This document shows, piece by piece, positions 9,052 to 18,423 of a DNA stretch of 64,000 bases (its first letter is position 1; every line of letters begins with the position of its first letter). A program made the position numbers and the translations under genes. The DNA lies in assembly GCA_963699235.1 (NCBI GenBank), contig OY969424.1, positions 1,914,964 through 1,978,963 of the forward strand. Direction: 5' to 3'. The notes beneath the pieces were generated by a model. It did no database searches. It had not been told where the DNA came from and saw only the letters and a list, made by a program, of their open reading frames with translations. Source of the DNA: an uncultured Chloroflexia bacterium. GTDB taxonomy: Bacteria; Chloroflexota; Limnocylindria; QHBO01.

Positions 9052-11157
9052 ATGGCCTCGCCCGTCCGAATTCCCACCCTCGACCGCACCGACCTGCCCA
9101 ATCCTCCGGGCCTGGACGGCCTCCGTGAGCTGGCCGAGAACCTGTGGTGGACGTGGCATCCCGAGGCTCAGCGCCTCTTCTCGCGAGTCGATCCGCAGGC
9201 ATGGGCCCGCTCGCGCAATCCGATCCGCCTGCTCCGCCAGACCGATGCCGAGCGATGGGCGGCGCTGGCCGCCGACAGCCGCTTCGCGGCCGACACCGCG
9301 ACCGTGGTCGACCGCCTGCACGACGACATCGCCAATGGCGAGGATGGCCTGGGCAGCGACCTCGGCGGGCCGATCGCCTACCTCTGTGCGGAGTTCGCGC
9401 TCCACGAATCCCTGCCCGTTTACTCGGGTGGTCTGGGCGTGCTCGCCGGCGACCTCCTCAAGGCGGCGTCCGATGCCCGGCTGCCGATGGTCGGGGTGGG
9501 CCCGTTCTACCACCGCGGCTACTTCCGCCAGCGGATCGACGCCGATGGCCGGCAGGAGCACCTCGAGCCGGATGTCGATCCGGGAGACCTGCCGCTTCGC
9601 CGGGCGGCGGGCCCGGATGGCGGGGTGCTCGAGGTCGCGGTGGACCTGCCGGGCCGCTCGGTCAGGCTCACGGTCTGGGTCGCCCAGGTCGGACGGGTGC
9701 CGCTCCTCCTGCTCGACGCGGACGTCGAAGGCAACCAGCCCGACGATCGACGGATCACCGATCAGCTGTACGTCGCGGAGCGACGCACACGGCTCACCCA
9801 GGAAGTTTTGCTGGGCGTCGGCGCGGCCCGTGCCCTCGACGCGCTGGCGATCAGGCCCGCGGTCTGGCACCTCAACGAGGGCCACTCCGCGCTCGTCGTC
9901 CTGGAGCGCGCCCGCTTGGCGTGCGCCGCCGACCCGTCCCTCGGCGGCGCGGCGGCCCTCTTCCACGCGGGACGGGACATGGTCATGACCCTCCACACCC
10001 CGGTCCCGGCCGGAAACGAGTGCTACGACCCGGACCTCGCCGACGAGCTGCTGGCCCCGGCGGCCGCCGCCATCGACCTGTCCCGGGAGCGACTCCACGA
10101 GCTGGGGAGCGGGCCGGAAGGGACCAACGGTGTCTTCGACCTCACGGCCTTCGGGCTGCGGCAGGCGGCCGGCATCAACGCCGTCAGCCAGCTCCACGGA
10201 CGGACAGCGACGGCCACCTGGCGCGAGGCAATCGGTCGCGAGGTGGGCTCCGTCACCAACGGTGTCCATCGGGCGACCTGGCAGGCCCAGCCGATTCAGG
10301 CGGCGCTCCGCGCGGGCGGCGAGGCCACGGTCGGCGATCGCGAGCTGTGGGATGCCCATACCGAACAGAAACGGCAGATGATCGAGTTTCTGGGCGGGCG
10401 ACTGACCCGGCAGGCGCTCCGCCACGGCGTCGCGCCGGAGGCGGTGGGTGACCTCGCCGGGGCCCTCGACCCGCATGCCCTGACCATCGGCTTCGCGCGG
10501 CGCTTCGCAACGTACAAGCGGGCGGACCTCATCCTCCACGACCTCGCCCGCCTCGACCATCTCCTGGCCGACCCCGACCGACCGGTCCAGCTGATCTTCG
10601 CGGGCAAGGCCCACCCGGCCGATGACGGCGGCCAGGCGACACTCGGACGAGTGGTGGACGCGTCACGCCGTGTGGGGACGGCGGGCCGGATCTTCTTCAT
10701 CGAGAACTACGACCTGCGCGTGGCCCACTTCCTGGTGGCCGGCGTGGACGTCTGGCTGAACACGCCGCGGCGACCGCTCGAGGCTTCGGGAACGTCGGGC
10801 ATGAAGGCGGCGCTCAACGCCGTCCCGTCGGTGAGCATCCTCGACGGGTGGTGGGACGAGGCGTTCGACGGCACGAATGGCTGGGCGGTGGGCCGTCCAT
10901 CGACCGAGGACGGCGCGTCCGACGACGAGGACGCCGAGTCGCTCTATCGCGTCCTCGAGACCGAGGTCATTCCCGCCTTCTTCGGCCGCAATGACGACGG
11001 CCTGCCGCGGGCCTGGGTCGAGCGCATGCAGGGGGCGCTCCGAACGGGGCTGAACGAATTCACCGCGGACCGCGTCCTGCGCGACTACGTGGAGCAGCTG
11101 TACCGGCCGGTCGCCGCTGTCGGCGAAGTGGCAGCCAGGTCAGCTCGGTCAGCCTAG
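9052..11157 (+). CDS. glgP: alpha-glucan (maltodextrin/glycogen) phosphorylase, GT35 short form
   Basis: 701 aa with NLWWTWHPEA, IAYLCAEFALHESLPVYSGGLGVLAGD, and the GTSGMKAALN pyridoxal-phosphate Lys region. Confidence 0.9.
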   Translation: MASPVRIPTLDRTDLPNPPGLDGLRELAENLWWTWHPEAQRLFSRVDPQAWARSRNPIRLLRQTDAERWAALAADSRFAADTATVVDRLHDDIANGEDGLGSDLGGPIAYLCAEFALHESLPVYSGGLGVLAGDLLKAASDARLPMVGVGPFYHRGYFRQRIDADGRQEHLEPDVDPGDLPLRRAAGPDGGVLEVAVDLPGRSVRLTVWVAQVGRVPLLLLDADVEGNQPDDRRITDQLYVAERRTRLTQEVLLGVGAARALDALAIRPAVWHLNEGHSALVVLERARLACAADPSLGGAAALFHAGRDMVMTLHTPVPAGNECYDPDLADELLAPAAAAIDLSRERLHELGSGPEGTNGVFDLTAFGLRQAAGINAVSQLHGRTATATWREAIGREVGSVTNGVHRATWQAQPIQAALRAGGEATVGDRELWDAHTEQKRQMIEFLGGRLTRQALRHGVAPEAVGDLAGALDPHALTIGFARRFATYKRADLILHDLARLDHLLADPDRPVQLIFAGKAHPADDGGQATLGRVVDASRRVGTAGRIFFIENYDLRVAHFLVAGVDVWLNTPRRPLEASGTSGMKAALNAVPSVSILDGWWDEAFDGTNGWAVGRPSTEDGASDDEDAESLYRVLETEVIPAFFGRNDDGLPRAWVERMQGALRTGLNEFTADRVLRDYVEQLYRPVAAVGEVAARSARSA

Positions 11158-12470
11158 GGGAGATACCAGCGCGGGTTGGTCCAGACGCCGTGGTCGTTGA
11201 CCGCGAAGTGAAGATGGCATCCCGTGGACATGCCGGTCGTTCCCTCGTAGCCGATGGTGTCGCCCAGCGAGACTCCCTGTCCCGGCCACACCACGATCTG
11301 GGCCTTCAGGTGCCAGTACCAGGTCAGGACGCCGCCACCATGGTCGATCACGACGCCATAGCCGGTATCCCACGGCCACAGCGGCTGGCCGGAGGCCACC
11401 ACCACCCCGGTGCCCGCGGCCTTGATCCGGGTTCCGCACCCATTGGCCAGGTCGATGCCGCCGTGGAAGTGGGGGTAGTACGTGCCATTGAAGGTGTAGG
11501 GCGGCTCGAGCACGAAGTTCGTCGGGCCCCATTCCTGGGTGACGGTGAAGTAGTCCTCGGGCCAGCGGAAGCCGCGACTGGAGACCTGGACGTTCGATTC
11601 GGCGAGGAGCCGGTTGACGAGCGCGTTGGCGGCCGCCGCCGCCTCCTTGGTGGCGGTGATCTGACGCTCGACATCGCCTTGCGCGGCGAGTGCCGCATTG
11701 AGCGCCGCGGCCTGCTGCTGGCGCTTCTGCTCGGCCTGCACGACGAGCTCGCCGAGCCGCTTTTTCAGGGATGCGAGGTCGGCCTGGCGAGCGGCCAGGA
11801 TGGCCGCCTCCTCCTCCTCCACCTCGCGGGCCGCGGCAAGCTCCGCTCGACCCGCACGAAGAACGCCACGGTTCTCCTCGAGGGTGGCCCGCAGCTCGCG
11901 GATCTCGTCCGCGATCGCCGCGTCCTGCTCGGAGATGGTGAGCAGGTAGCCGACCTGGGTCGCGACCACTTCGAACGAGTCCGCCGCCAGGAGCACCTCG
12001 AGCAGCGACGTCTGGCTTCGCTCGTACGCGTCGCGGTAGTGGTCCTCGAGCAGCGCCTCGCGGGCCTCGAGCTCGCGGTTCTGGCGTTCGACCTCGACGG
12101 CGAGGGCCACGAGCATCTCGTCGAGGGATGCGATCCGGGCCCGAATCGCATCGAGGCGCGCCATGACCTCGATGATCTGGTTCTCGACCTGGACCAGGAG
12201 GCCGGCGACTCGCTCGTACTCGGCGCTGACGCTGGCGAGCTCGGCCTCGGCCGCATCCAGCCGAGCGTCGAGCGTGGCCGACAGGGACTTCAGGCCCGCC
12301 AGCTCACGGCGCTGGGAAGCGAGGGACTCCTGCAGGTCGCGCTGGTTGGCCTGGGCCTCGGCCAGGGGATCCCCGCCCCGGGCATGGTCGGCCGGCGTCG
12401 ACCCGAACATGGTCGAACCGACCACCACCAGAGCGACAAATGTGGCGGCCAGAGATGGCCGTCGTCTCAT
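11154..12470 (-). CDS. M23 family metallopeptidase with N-terminal signal and coiled-coil region
   Basis: 438 aa. It has a signal-like N-terminus and ~270 aa of coiled coil. The C-terminal LytM domain carries HFHGGIDLA ... GYEGTTGMSTGCHLHFAV. Confidence 0.9.
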   Translation of the reverse strand: MRRRPSLAATFVALVVVGSTMFGSTPADHARGGDPLAEAQANQRDLQESLASQRRELAGLKSLSATLDARLDAAEAELASVSAEYERVAGLLVQVENQIIEVMARLDAIRARIASLDEMLVALAVEVERQNRELEAREALLEDHYRDAYERSQTSLLEVLLAADSFEVVATQVGYLLTISEQDAAIADEIRELRATLEENRGVLRAGRAELAAAREVEEEEAAILAARQADLASLKKRLGELVVQAEQKRQQQAAALNAALAAQGDVERQITATKEAAAAANALVNRLLAESNVQVSSRGFRWPEDYFTVTQEWGPTNFVLEPPYTFNGTYYPHFHGGIDLANGCGTRIKAAGTGVVVASGQPLWPWDTGYGVVIDHGGGVLTWYWHLKAQIVVWPGQGVSLGDTIGYEGTTGMSTGCHLHFAVNDHGVWTNPRWYLP

Positions 12471-12645
12471 GAGACGGAGTTGTCCAGAGGAATATTCATC
12501 GTCCCATCCAGCCCCCGCGGAAGAGATGCCCGAGGATGCTACCCCGGGTCGTCAACCGCTGACGACGCCGCGAATGTACTACACCGTAAGACACCAATCC
12601 GTACCGGAGCATACCGGACCGCCCGGCGCGGAGGGGTTCGACGGG

Positions 12646-13545
12646 CTACGACGCGGCCTCCGCTGCTGGTTTCCGGGCCCGGTGGCGGCGCATGGTGGCG
12701 GCCGCCACCTCGGCGCCGGCCAGCAGCGCGACGGCCAGGAAGTCAATGTAGATCAGGCTGACGAGGATGGCCCCGAAGGGACCGGCCGCGTTGCCGCTGT
12801 CGGCCACGAACAGCTGGACGTACCAGTCGAACAGGAGGCTCAGGCCGAGGAAGGCAAGGGCCGTCACCAGCGCCCCGAGCCACACCTCGCGGAAGCTCGG
12901 ATTCTGGGCGGGAACCGCCTTCAGGAGGGCGGCCATGACGCCGAAGACGACGAGCGTCGGCAGCAGGGTGATGAGGAGGCCGACTGTGGCGTCCACGACG
13001 GCGTACCCGGGAAGCCACCGGTCGATGAAGCCGAAGACAAGGCTGACCAGGCTCGACCAGACACCGGACAGCAGGATGAGGATCCCGGCCAGGCCCAGGA
13101 GGAGGAGGCTGCTCAGCGTGGTCCGGACGTAGGTCCGACGGCCCTCCTCGAAGGCGTTCACGATCCCCCGCTGCACGGCGGACACCCACGGCAAGAGGGC
13201 AAAGAGCAGCAGGCCGATGCCGACGACGGCCAGGACGAGCCGCGCATCCTCGAACGAGTCAAGGGCCGAGAACACGGTCGCCGGGTCCAGGCCGAAGGTG
13301 ACGGCGATGCTGGCGACGAAGGCCTCGAGCTCCGGCCCGTCGGCGACGAAGAGCGACGCGGCCACGAGGGCGACCATGGCGAACGGGAACAGGGACAGGA
13401 TGCTGTAGTACGCGATCGCCGCGGCGCGCGGCATCGACTCGTGGGCGTTGAACTTGCCGAAGGCGTCGAGCGCGATCCCGACGATCGAGTACCGATCGGC
13501 GATGGCGCTGATCCGTTCGGTGACGCGACCCACGATGGCGGTCAT
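12646..13545 (-). CDS. YihY/BrkB family membrane protein
   Basis: ATG at 13545 (alternative 13578). Contains RAAAIAYYSILSLFPF and a multi-TM body typical of the YihY/virulence factor BrkB family. Confidence 0.85.
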   Translation of the reverse strand: MTAIVGRVTERISAIADRYSIVGIALDAFGKFNAHESMPRAAAIAYYSILSLFPFAMVALVAASLFVADGPELEAFVASIAVTFGLDPATVFSALDSFEDARLVLAVVGIGLLLFALLPWVSAVQRGIVNAFEEGRRTYVRTTLSSLLLLGLAGILILLSGVWSSLVSLVFGFIDRWLPGYAVVDATVGLLITLLPTLVVFGVMAALLKAVPAQNPSFREVWLGALVTALAFLGLSLLFDWYVQLFVADSGNAAGPFGAILVSLIYIDFLAVALLAGAEVAAATMRRHRARKPAAEAAS

Positions 13546-13571
13546 TCCCACTCCCGTTACCCTTGAGTGCC

Positions 13572-14930
13572 ATGGCACCCAGCACGGCCATCACCCTCGA
13601 CATCGACGGCGAAGCCGTATCGGTCTCGAACCCGGACAAGGTGTTCTTTGCCGAGGCCGGGGTGACGAAGCTCGACCTCGTTCGATACTACCTGTCGGTC
13701 GCCGATGGAGCCCTCCGGGGCGTGCTCGACCGACCGATGGCCATGAAGCGATTCCCGAACGGAGCCGGCGGCGATTTCTTCTTCCAGAAGCGTGCCCCGG
13801 CCAACCTGCCGCCGTACGTGCGCACCGTCGAGCTCTCCTTCCCGTCTGGGCGAACGGCGGACGAGGTCGTCGTCTCGAACGCCGCGGCGCTGGCCTGGGT
13901 CGTCAACCTCGGATGCCTCGACCTCAACCCGCACCCGGTCCGGGCCGATGACCTCGACCACCCCGACGAGCTCCGCATCGACCTCGATCCGGGCCCGGGC
14001 GTGGAGTGGCCGGACGTCCGCGCGGTGGCGCTCGTCTGCCACGAGTTGTTTGCCGAGCTGGGATACGAGGCCTGGCCCAAGACGTCGGGCTCGCGGGGCA
14101 TCCACGTCTACATACGGATCGAGCCAAAGTGGGGGTACGGCGAGGTCCGACGGGCGGCCCTGGCCGTGGCCCGCGAGGTGGAGCGCCGAGCGCCGGCCCT
14201 CGCCACCAGCAAGTGGTGGAAGGAGGAGCGCCATGGGGTGTTCCTCGACTACAACCAGAATGCGAAGGACCGGACCGTGGCATCGGCATACTCCGTCCGC
14301 CCACTCCCCGACGCGCGGGTCTCGACCCCGCTGACCTGGGACGAGGTTCCCGACTGCGATGCCGCCGAGTTCACGGTGAAGACCGTGCCCGACCGATTCG
14401 CCCGGCTCGGCGACGTGGGCGCGGGCATCGACGAGCGGGCGTTCTCGCTCGAGCCGCTCCTCCAGCTGGTGGCCCGGCACGAGGCCGAGGGTCTGGGGGA
14501 CGCCCCCTGGCCGCCGAACTACGCCAAGCAGCCCGGGGAGCCGCCCCGCGTCCAGCCGTCGAAGGCCAGGACGAAGCCGGCCGATCCGAAGGTCCCCTCC
14601 CCCACTGGCCGGCGGCGCTCGACCGCTCCGCTGGTGGTCGTGGCCCAGGCCGCCACCAAGCCCGAGGTGGAGGAAGGGCTCAAACGGTGGAAGAAGCGGC
14701 ACCGCGCGGCGGCCAAACACATCGCCGTTGACGACGTCCTGTACGACGCGATGCGCGGCCGCTCGACGGTCTGGTGGCGGGTGCGGGTCAACCTCCGCCA
14801 CGTCCCCGAGAAGAACCGGCCTGAGGCGGAGCCGCCGGACCCCGACTACGACCCGTGGGCCGGTTTCGAGTGGCCGGACCGCTCCGGCCAGCCTGAACGC
14901 GCGCCGCGAAGGAAGACCGACGCGACCTGA
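13572..14930 (+). CDS. LigD-type polymerase/primase domain protein (stand-alone) with ~150-aa basic C-terminal extension
   Basis: Matches LigD Pol motifs: SNPDKVFFAEAGVTKLDLVRYY, FFFQKRAP, LGCLDLNPHP, PKTSGSRGIHVYI, FLDYNQNAKDRTVASAYSVRP. ATG at 13572; the ORF track uses TTG at 13563. Confidence 0.85.
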   Translation: MAPSTAITLDIDGEAVSVSNPDKVFFAEAGVTKLDLVRYYLSVADGALRGVLDRPMAMKRFPNGAGGDFFFQKRAPANLPPYVRTVELSFPSGRTADEVVVSNAAALAWVVNLGCLDLNPHPVRADDLDHPDELRIDLDPGPGVEWPDVRAVALVCHELFAELGYEAWPKTSGSRGIHVYIRIEPKWGYGEVRRAALAVAREVERRAPALATSKWWKEERHGVFLDYNQNAKDRTVASAYSVRPLPDARVSTPLTWDEVPDCDAAEFTVKTVPDRFARLGDVGAGIDERAFSLEPLLQLVARHEAEGLGDAPWPPNYAKQPGEPPRVQPSKARTKPADPKVPSPTGRRRSTAPLVVVAQAATKPEVEEGLKRWKKRHRAAAKHIAVDDVLYDAMRGRSTVWWRVRVNLRHVPEKNRPEAEPPDPDYDPWAGFEWPDRSGQPERAPRRKTDAT

Positions 14931-14942
14931 GACCGGAGCCGG

Positions 14943-15524
14943 CTAACCCCGCTCGAGCCGATCGCGGAGCCGGGCCTTCACGGCGGGCCACTCGTCGGCC
15001 AGGATCGAGTAGTAGACCGTGTCGCGGATGTAGCCGTCGGGCAGCCGCATGTGACGGCGGAGGACCCCTTCCCGGACCCCGCCCAGGCGCTCGATGGCCC
15101 GCTGCGAGCGCTCGTTGCGCCCATCGGTCTTGAGGGCCACCCGTCCCGCACCCAGCGTGTCGAAGGCATAGCTCAGCTGGAGGAGCTTCGCCTCGCTGTT
15201 GACCGCCGTCCGGTGCCGGGAGGGGGCGATCCAGGTCCAGCCGATCTCGACCCGGTCGTGCTCCGGGGCGATGTCGCCGAAGCGGGTCGAGCCGACCGCC
15301 CGGCCGCTCTCCCGCTCAACCGTGGCCCAGGCCACGAACTCCGGCTCGAGCGCCGCAGCCAGGTACGACGGCCATGTCGTTGGATCGGCGAGGTTCGAGC
15401 CCATGTAAGCCCAGATCTCGCGGTCCTCGGTCGCGGCGGCGACCAGGTCGTCGCGGTGCCGCTCCTCGAGAGGCTCGAGGCGGACGACCCGCCCCTCCAG
15501 GACGATGCGCTCCGGGCGGAGCAT
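14943..15524 (-). CDS. GNAT family N-acetyltransferase (RimJ/RimL-like)
   Basis: ATG at 15524 gives MLRPERIVLEGRVVRLEPLEERH... with IGWTWIAPSRHRTAVNSEAKLLQLSYAF and RNERSQRAIERLG. 193 aa. The rest of the 351-aa ORF is a shadow of the upstream gene. Confidence 0.85.
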   Translation of the reverse strand: MLRPERIVLEGRVVRLEPLEERHRDDLVAAATEDREIWAYMGSNLADPTTWPSYLAAALEPEFVAWATVERESGRAVGSTRFGDIAPEHDRVEIGWTWIAPSRHRTAVNSEAKLLQLSYAFDTLGAGRVALKTDGRNERSQRAIERLGGVREGVLRRHMRLPDGYIRDTVYYSILADEWPAVKARLRDRLERG

Positions 15525-15528
15525 CAGC

Positions 15529-17235
15529 TCAGGCGCCGGCCCCCGTGGTGACCGCGGCCTCGACCCAGCCGGGGATCTCGCGCCGGAGCGTCTCGAGCGG
15601 CAGCGAGCCGTGGCCGAGCACCTCGTCGTGGAAGGCCCGCAGGTCGAACCGCTCGCCGAGCCGCTCCCCGACGTCGGCCCGCGCGCGCTCGATCTCTCGC
15701 TGCCCCATCTTGTAGGACAGGGCCTGGCCGGGCCAGATCGTGTAACGGTCCACCTCGATCTCGGCGTCCACCATCGGGAGCGACCCACGCTCGTGCATGA
15801 ACTCGATCGCGCGCTCGCGGGTCCAGCCCATGACGTGGAGCCCGGAGTCCACCACCAGCCGGGCGGCGCGGAAGGACTGGGCGTCCAGCATCCCGAGTCG
15901 CTCGGCATCGGTCTGGTACAGGCCCATCTCGTCGGCCAGGCGCTCGGTGTACAGGCCCCAGCCCTCGACGTAGGCCGAGCCGGCCATCTTGGCTCCAAGG
16001 GTCCGGAAGCGGCCGAGGCCCTGGAGGTCCATCTCGATCGCGATCTGGAAGTGGTGCCCAGGGGTCGCCTCGTGGAAGGTGATGGCCGCGATCTTGTGTA
16101 GCTGCCGCTGGTCGGGCTGGTAGGTGTTCAGGTAGTACTGCCCCTGGCGCGAGCCGTCCAGGGTGGGCGGCATGTAGAACGCCGGCGCGGACTCGCGCTC
16201 GCGGTACTCCTCTACCGCCAGGACGGTGCAGTTGGCGGCCGGCAGCCGGCCGAAGTAGCGCGGGGCGGTGGCGTAGGCCCGATCGGTCTGCTCGCGCGCC
16301 AGCTCGATGATGTGCGCCGGGTCATCGGTCCGGTTGGCCGGGTCGTCGGCCAGGGCGGCCGCGAACGCGTGGCGGTCGGCGTGGCCCTGGCGGCGGGCGA
16401 TCTCGTCCTTCTCGGCCTCGATCTTCTCGAGGTCCTCCATCCCGAAGGCGTGGACCTCCTCCGGGGTGGCAGCGACGGTGGTCTGCATCCGGATCGCGAG
16501 CCCATAGGCCGCATGCCCGTCAGGCGTGTCACCCAGCCCGGGGGTCTGGGCCGCGTGCGGGGTGTAGGTGTCGGCCAGGTAGTCGCGGAGGCGCTGCAGG
16601 GCGGGATAGATGTCCTTCGCCACCGCGCCGCGGATGGCCTCGCGGCCGGACTCGTCGGCCACGTTGGCCAGGACGACGGCCGGGGCCACGTCGGCGGGGA
16701 CGGTCAGCATTCGATCGATCTGCTCGATCGCCTTCCGAACCGGAACCGCGGCGGACGTTCGTCCGTCGGCGATGCCTTCGTCCAGGGTGCCGATCTGCTG
16801 GTCGATGAGGGTCGGGAACGCCGCGAAGCGGGCCAGGAGGCGGTCGAGGCTCTCGGGGGTGTCCGCCCGCTGGTACTGGGCGATCTCCGACGGCCACGTC
16901 TGCGGCCCGGACATGTGGTTGACCGCCAGCTGGTAGAGCTTGCGGTCCTGCGCCTCGAGGAAGTTCCCGGCGATGAGGATCAGCAGGTCGCGGGTGATGA
17001 CCGATTCGACGTCGAGGTCGTCGGGGTTGATGGCCTGCGCCTTGGCCAGGGCGGCGGTCAGGGCAGCCCGCTCCGCGGCACGTCCCTCGGGGCCGAGGTC
17101 CGGCCAGCGCTCGTCGTAGCGGTCGTCGCCGTAGATGGTCGCGGTGATGGGATCGCGCTCGAGGACGCCCTCCCAGAATCGCTCGGCCAGGTCGTGGACA
17201 GCCGCGTTGGGGTCGTGGGACTCGTGGTGGGACAC
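15529..17235 (-). CDS. DUF885 family protein (metallopeptidase-like)
   Basis: 568 aa. GTG start is preceded by AAGGAGA. Contains HEATPGHHFQ and the family-typical length and layout. Confidence 0.9.
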   Translation of the reverse strand: MSHHESHDPNAAVHDLAERFWEGVLERDPITATIYGDDRYDERWPDLGPEGRAAERAALTAALAKAQAINPDDLDVESVITRDLLILIAGNFLEAQDRKLYQLAVNHMSGPQTWPSEIAQYQRADTPESLDRLLARFAAFPTLIDQQIGTLDEGIADGRTSAAVPVRKAIEQIDRMLTVPADVAPAVVLANVADESGREAIRGAVAKDIYPALQRLRDYLADTYTPHAAQTPGLGDTPDGHAAYGLAIRMQTTVAATPEEVHAFGMEDLEKIEAEKDEIARRQGHADRHAFAAALADDPANRTDDPAHIIELAREQTDRAYATAPRYFGRLPAANCTVLAVEEYRERESAPAFYMPPTLDGSRQGQYYLNTYQPDQRQLHKIAAITFHEATPGHHFQIAIEMDLQGLGRFRTLGAKMAGSAYVEGWGLYTERLADEMGLYQTDAERLGMLDAQSFRAARLVVDSGLHVMGWTRERAIEFMHERGSLPMVDAEIEVDRYTIWPGQALSYKMGQREIERARADVGERLGERFDLRAFHDEVLGHGSLPLETLRREIPGWVEAAVTTGAGA

Positions 17236-17298
17236 GAAACGAGTTCTCCTTGAGCAAGCTATGGGCGACGGGATGAATGCCCGGCGAGTGTAGCCCGG

Positions 17299-18385
17299 TC
17301 AGGCGGAGCCGAACAGGTCCGCGAGGAGGGCTGGCGCCGTCGCCTCCAGCTGGTCATAGCGGCATGAGTCCGGCTTTCGATCCGGCCGCCAGCGCAGGAA
17401 CTTCGTGGCGTGCCGGAACCGGTCGCCCTGGAGGTGGTCGTAGGCCACCTCGACCACGCGCTCGATCCGGAGCGGCTCCCACGACAGGTCCTTGCCGCGG
17501 TTCCAGCGGCTGGTCGCGCCCGGCATCCGCTGGCCCGCCCAGGCCGCCTCCGCCTCCTTCCACTCCTGCCAGGGGTGGTCCTTCAGCGCATCCGTGCGCA
17601 GCGGCGCCAGCTCCTCGACGAGCTCGCGGCGACGGGCTTCGGTAAACGAGCTGGTGACCCCGACGCTGCTGGAGCGTCCTGCCGTCGTCGTACAGGCCGA
17701 GCAGGAGCGAGCCGACCATCGTTCCCGGGCCGTTCTTGTGCCATCGGAACCCGGCGACGACGCAGTCCGCGGTGCGCTGGTGCTTGACCTTGATCATCTC
17801 CCGCTTGCCGGGCAGGTAGCGGAGGTCGCCGGGCTTGGCGATGACCCCGTCCAGGCCGGCGCCCTCGAACACCTCGAACCAGTGGCGCGCCGTGGCCGGG
17901 TCCAGGGACGCCGGCGTGAGGTGGACCGATGCCGGCGGCGCGGCCAGCCGCTGCTCGAGCGCGGCGCGCCGGTCAGAGAAGGGTCGGTCGCGCAGGTCCT
18001 TCGCGCCATCGGCCAGCAGGTCGAAGGCGACGTACGAGGACGGGCTCTGCTCGGCGAGCATGGCGACCCGGGACGCGGCCGGGTGGATGCGGAGCAGGAG
18101 GGCGTCGAAGTTCAGCTCCCCCTCGGTGGCGATCACGATCTCCCCGTCGAGGACGAAGCGGTCCTTCGGCTTCCCGATCGCGCGCAGGGGCTCCTCGAGC
18201 TCGGGGAAGTAGCGGTTCAGGGGCTTGAGGTCACGGCTCTGGATGTAGACCTCCGGCCCGTCCCGGAAGACAAGGGCGCGGAAGCCATCCCACTTCGGCT
18301 CGTAGCGCCATCCCTCGCCGCGCGGGATCTCTGGCTGGGGCTTGGCCAACATCGGCTCGATGGGGGGTTCGATCGGGAAGGCCAC
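17299..18385 (-). pseudogene. ATP-dependent DNA ligase (LigC / LigD-ligase type) with interrupted reading frame
   Basis: The N-terminal 240 aa (EPKWDGFR adenylation Lys motif, VLDGEIV, LDGVIAKP, MIKVKH) are in one frame up to ..LGLYDDGRTLQ. The conserved continuation (S)VGVTSSFTEARRRELVEEL...MPGATSRWNRGKDLSWEPL..FLRWRPDKP is in another frame (75-aa ORF 17299..17526). Total length is 1087 nt, 3n+1. The switch lies near 17662..17672. Confidence 0.8.
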
Positions 18386-18423
18386 GAGCCGATAGTAGCC
18401 GCGACTGGCCCCATACTCGACCG

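Noticed and set aside
8518-10614. 698-aa ORF antisense to glgP, and many similar long ORFs (for example 333..1847, 3253..4845, 20716..22482, 34221..36737, 38253..39719)
   Set aside because: Their translations are Arg/Gly/Pro/Ala-rich with no motifs. They fully overlap genes with clear family signatures. Such shadow ORFs are expected in ~70% GC DNA, where stop codons are rare.
11154-11157. glgP and the M23 gene share a palindromic CTAG for their convergent stop codons
   Set aside because: This is a curiosity of genome compaction. No hairpin or regulatory element is associated with it.
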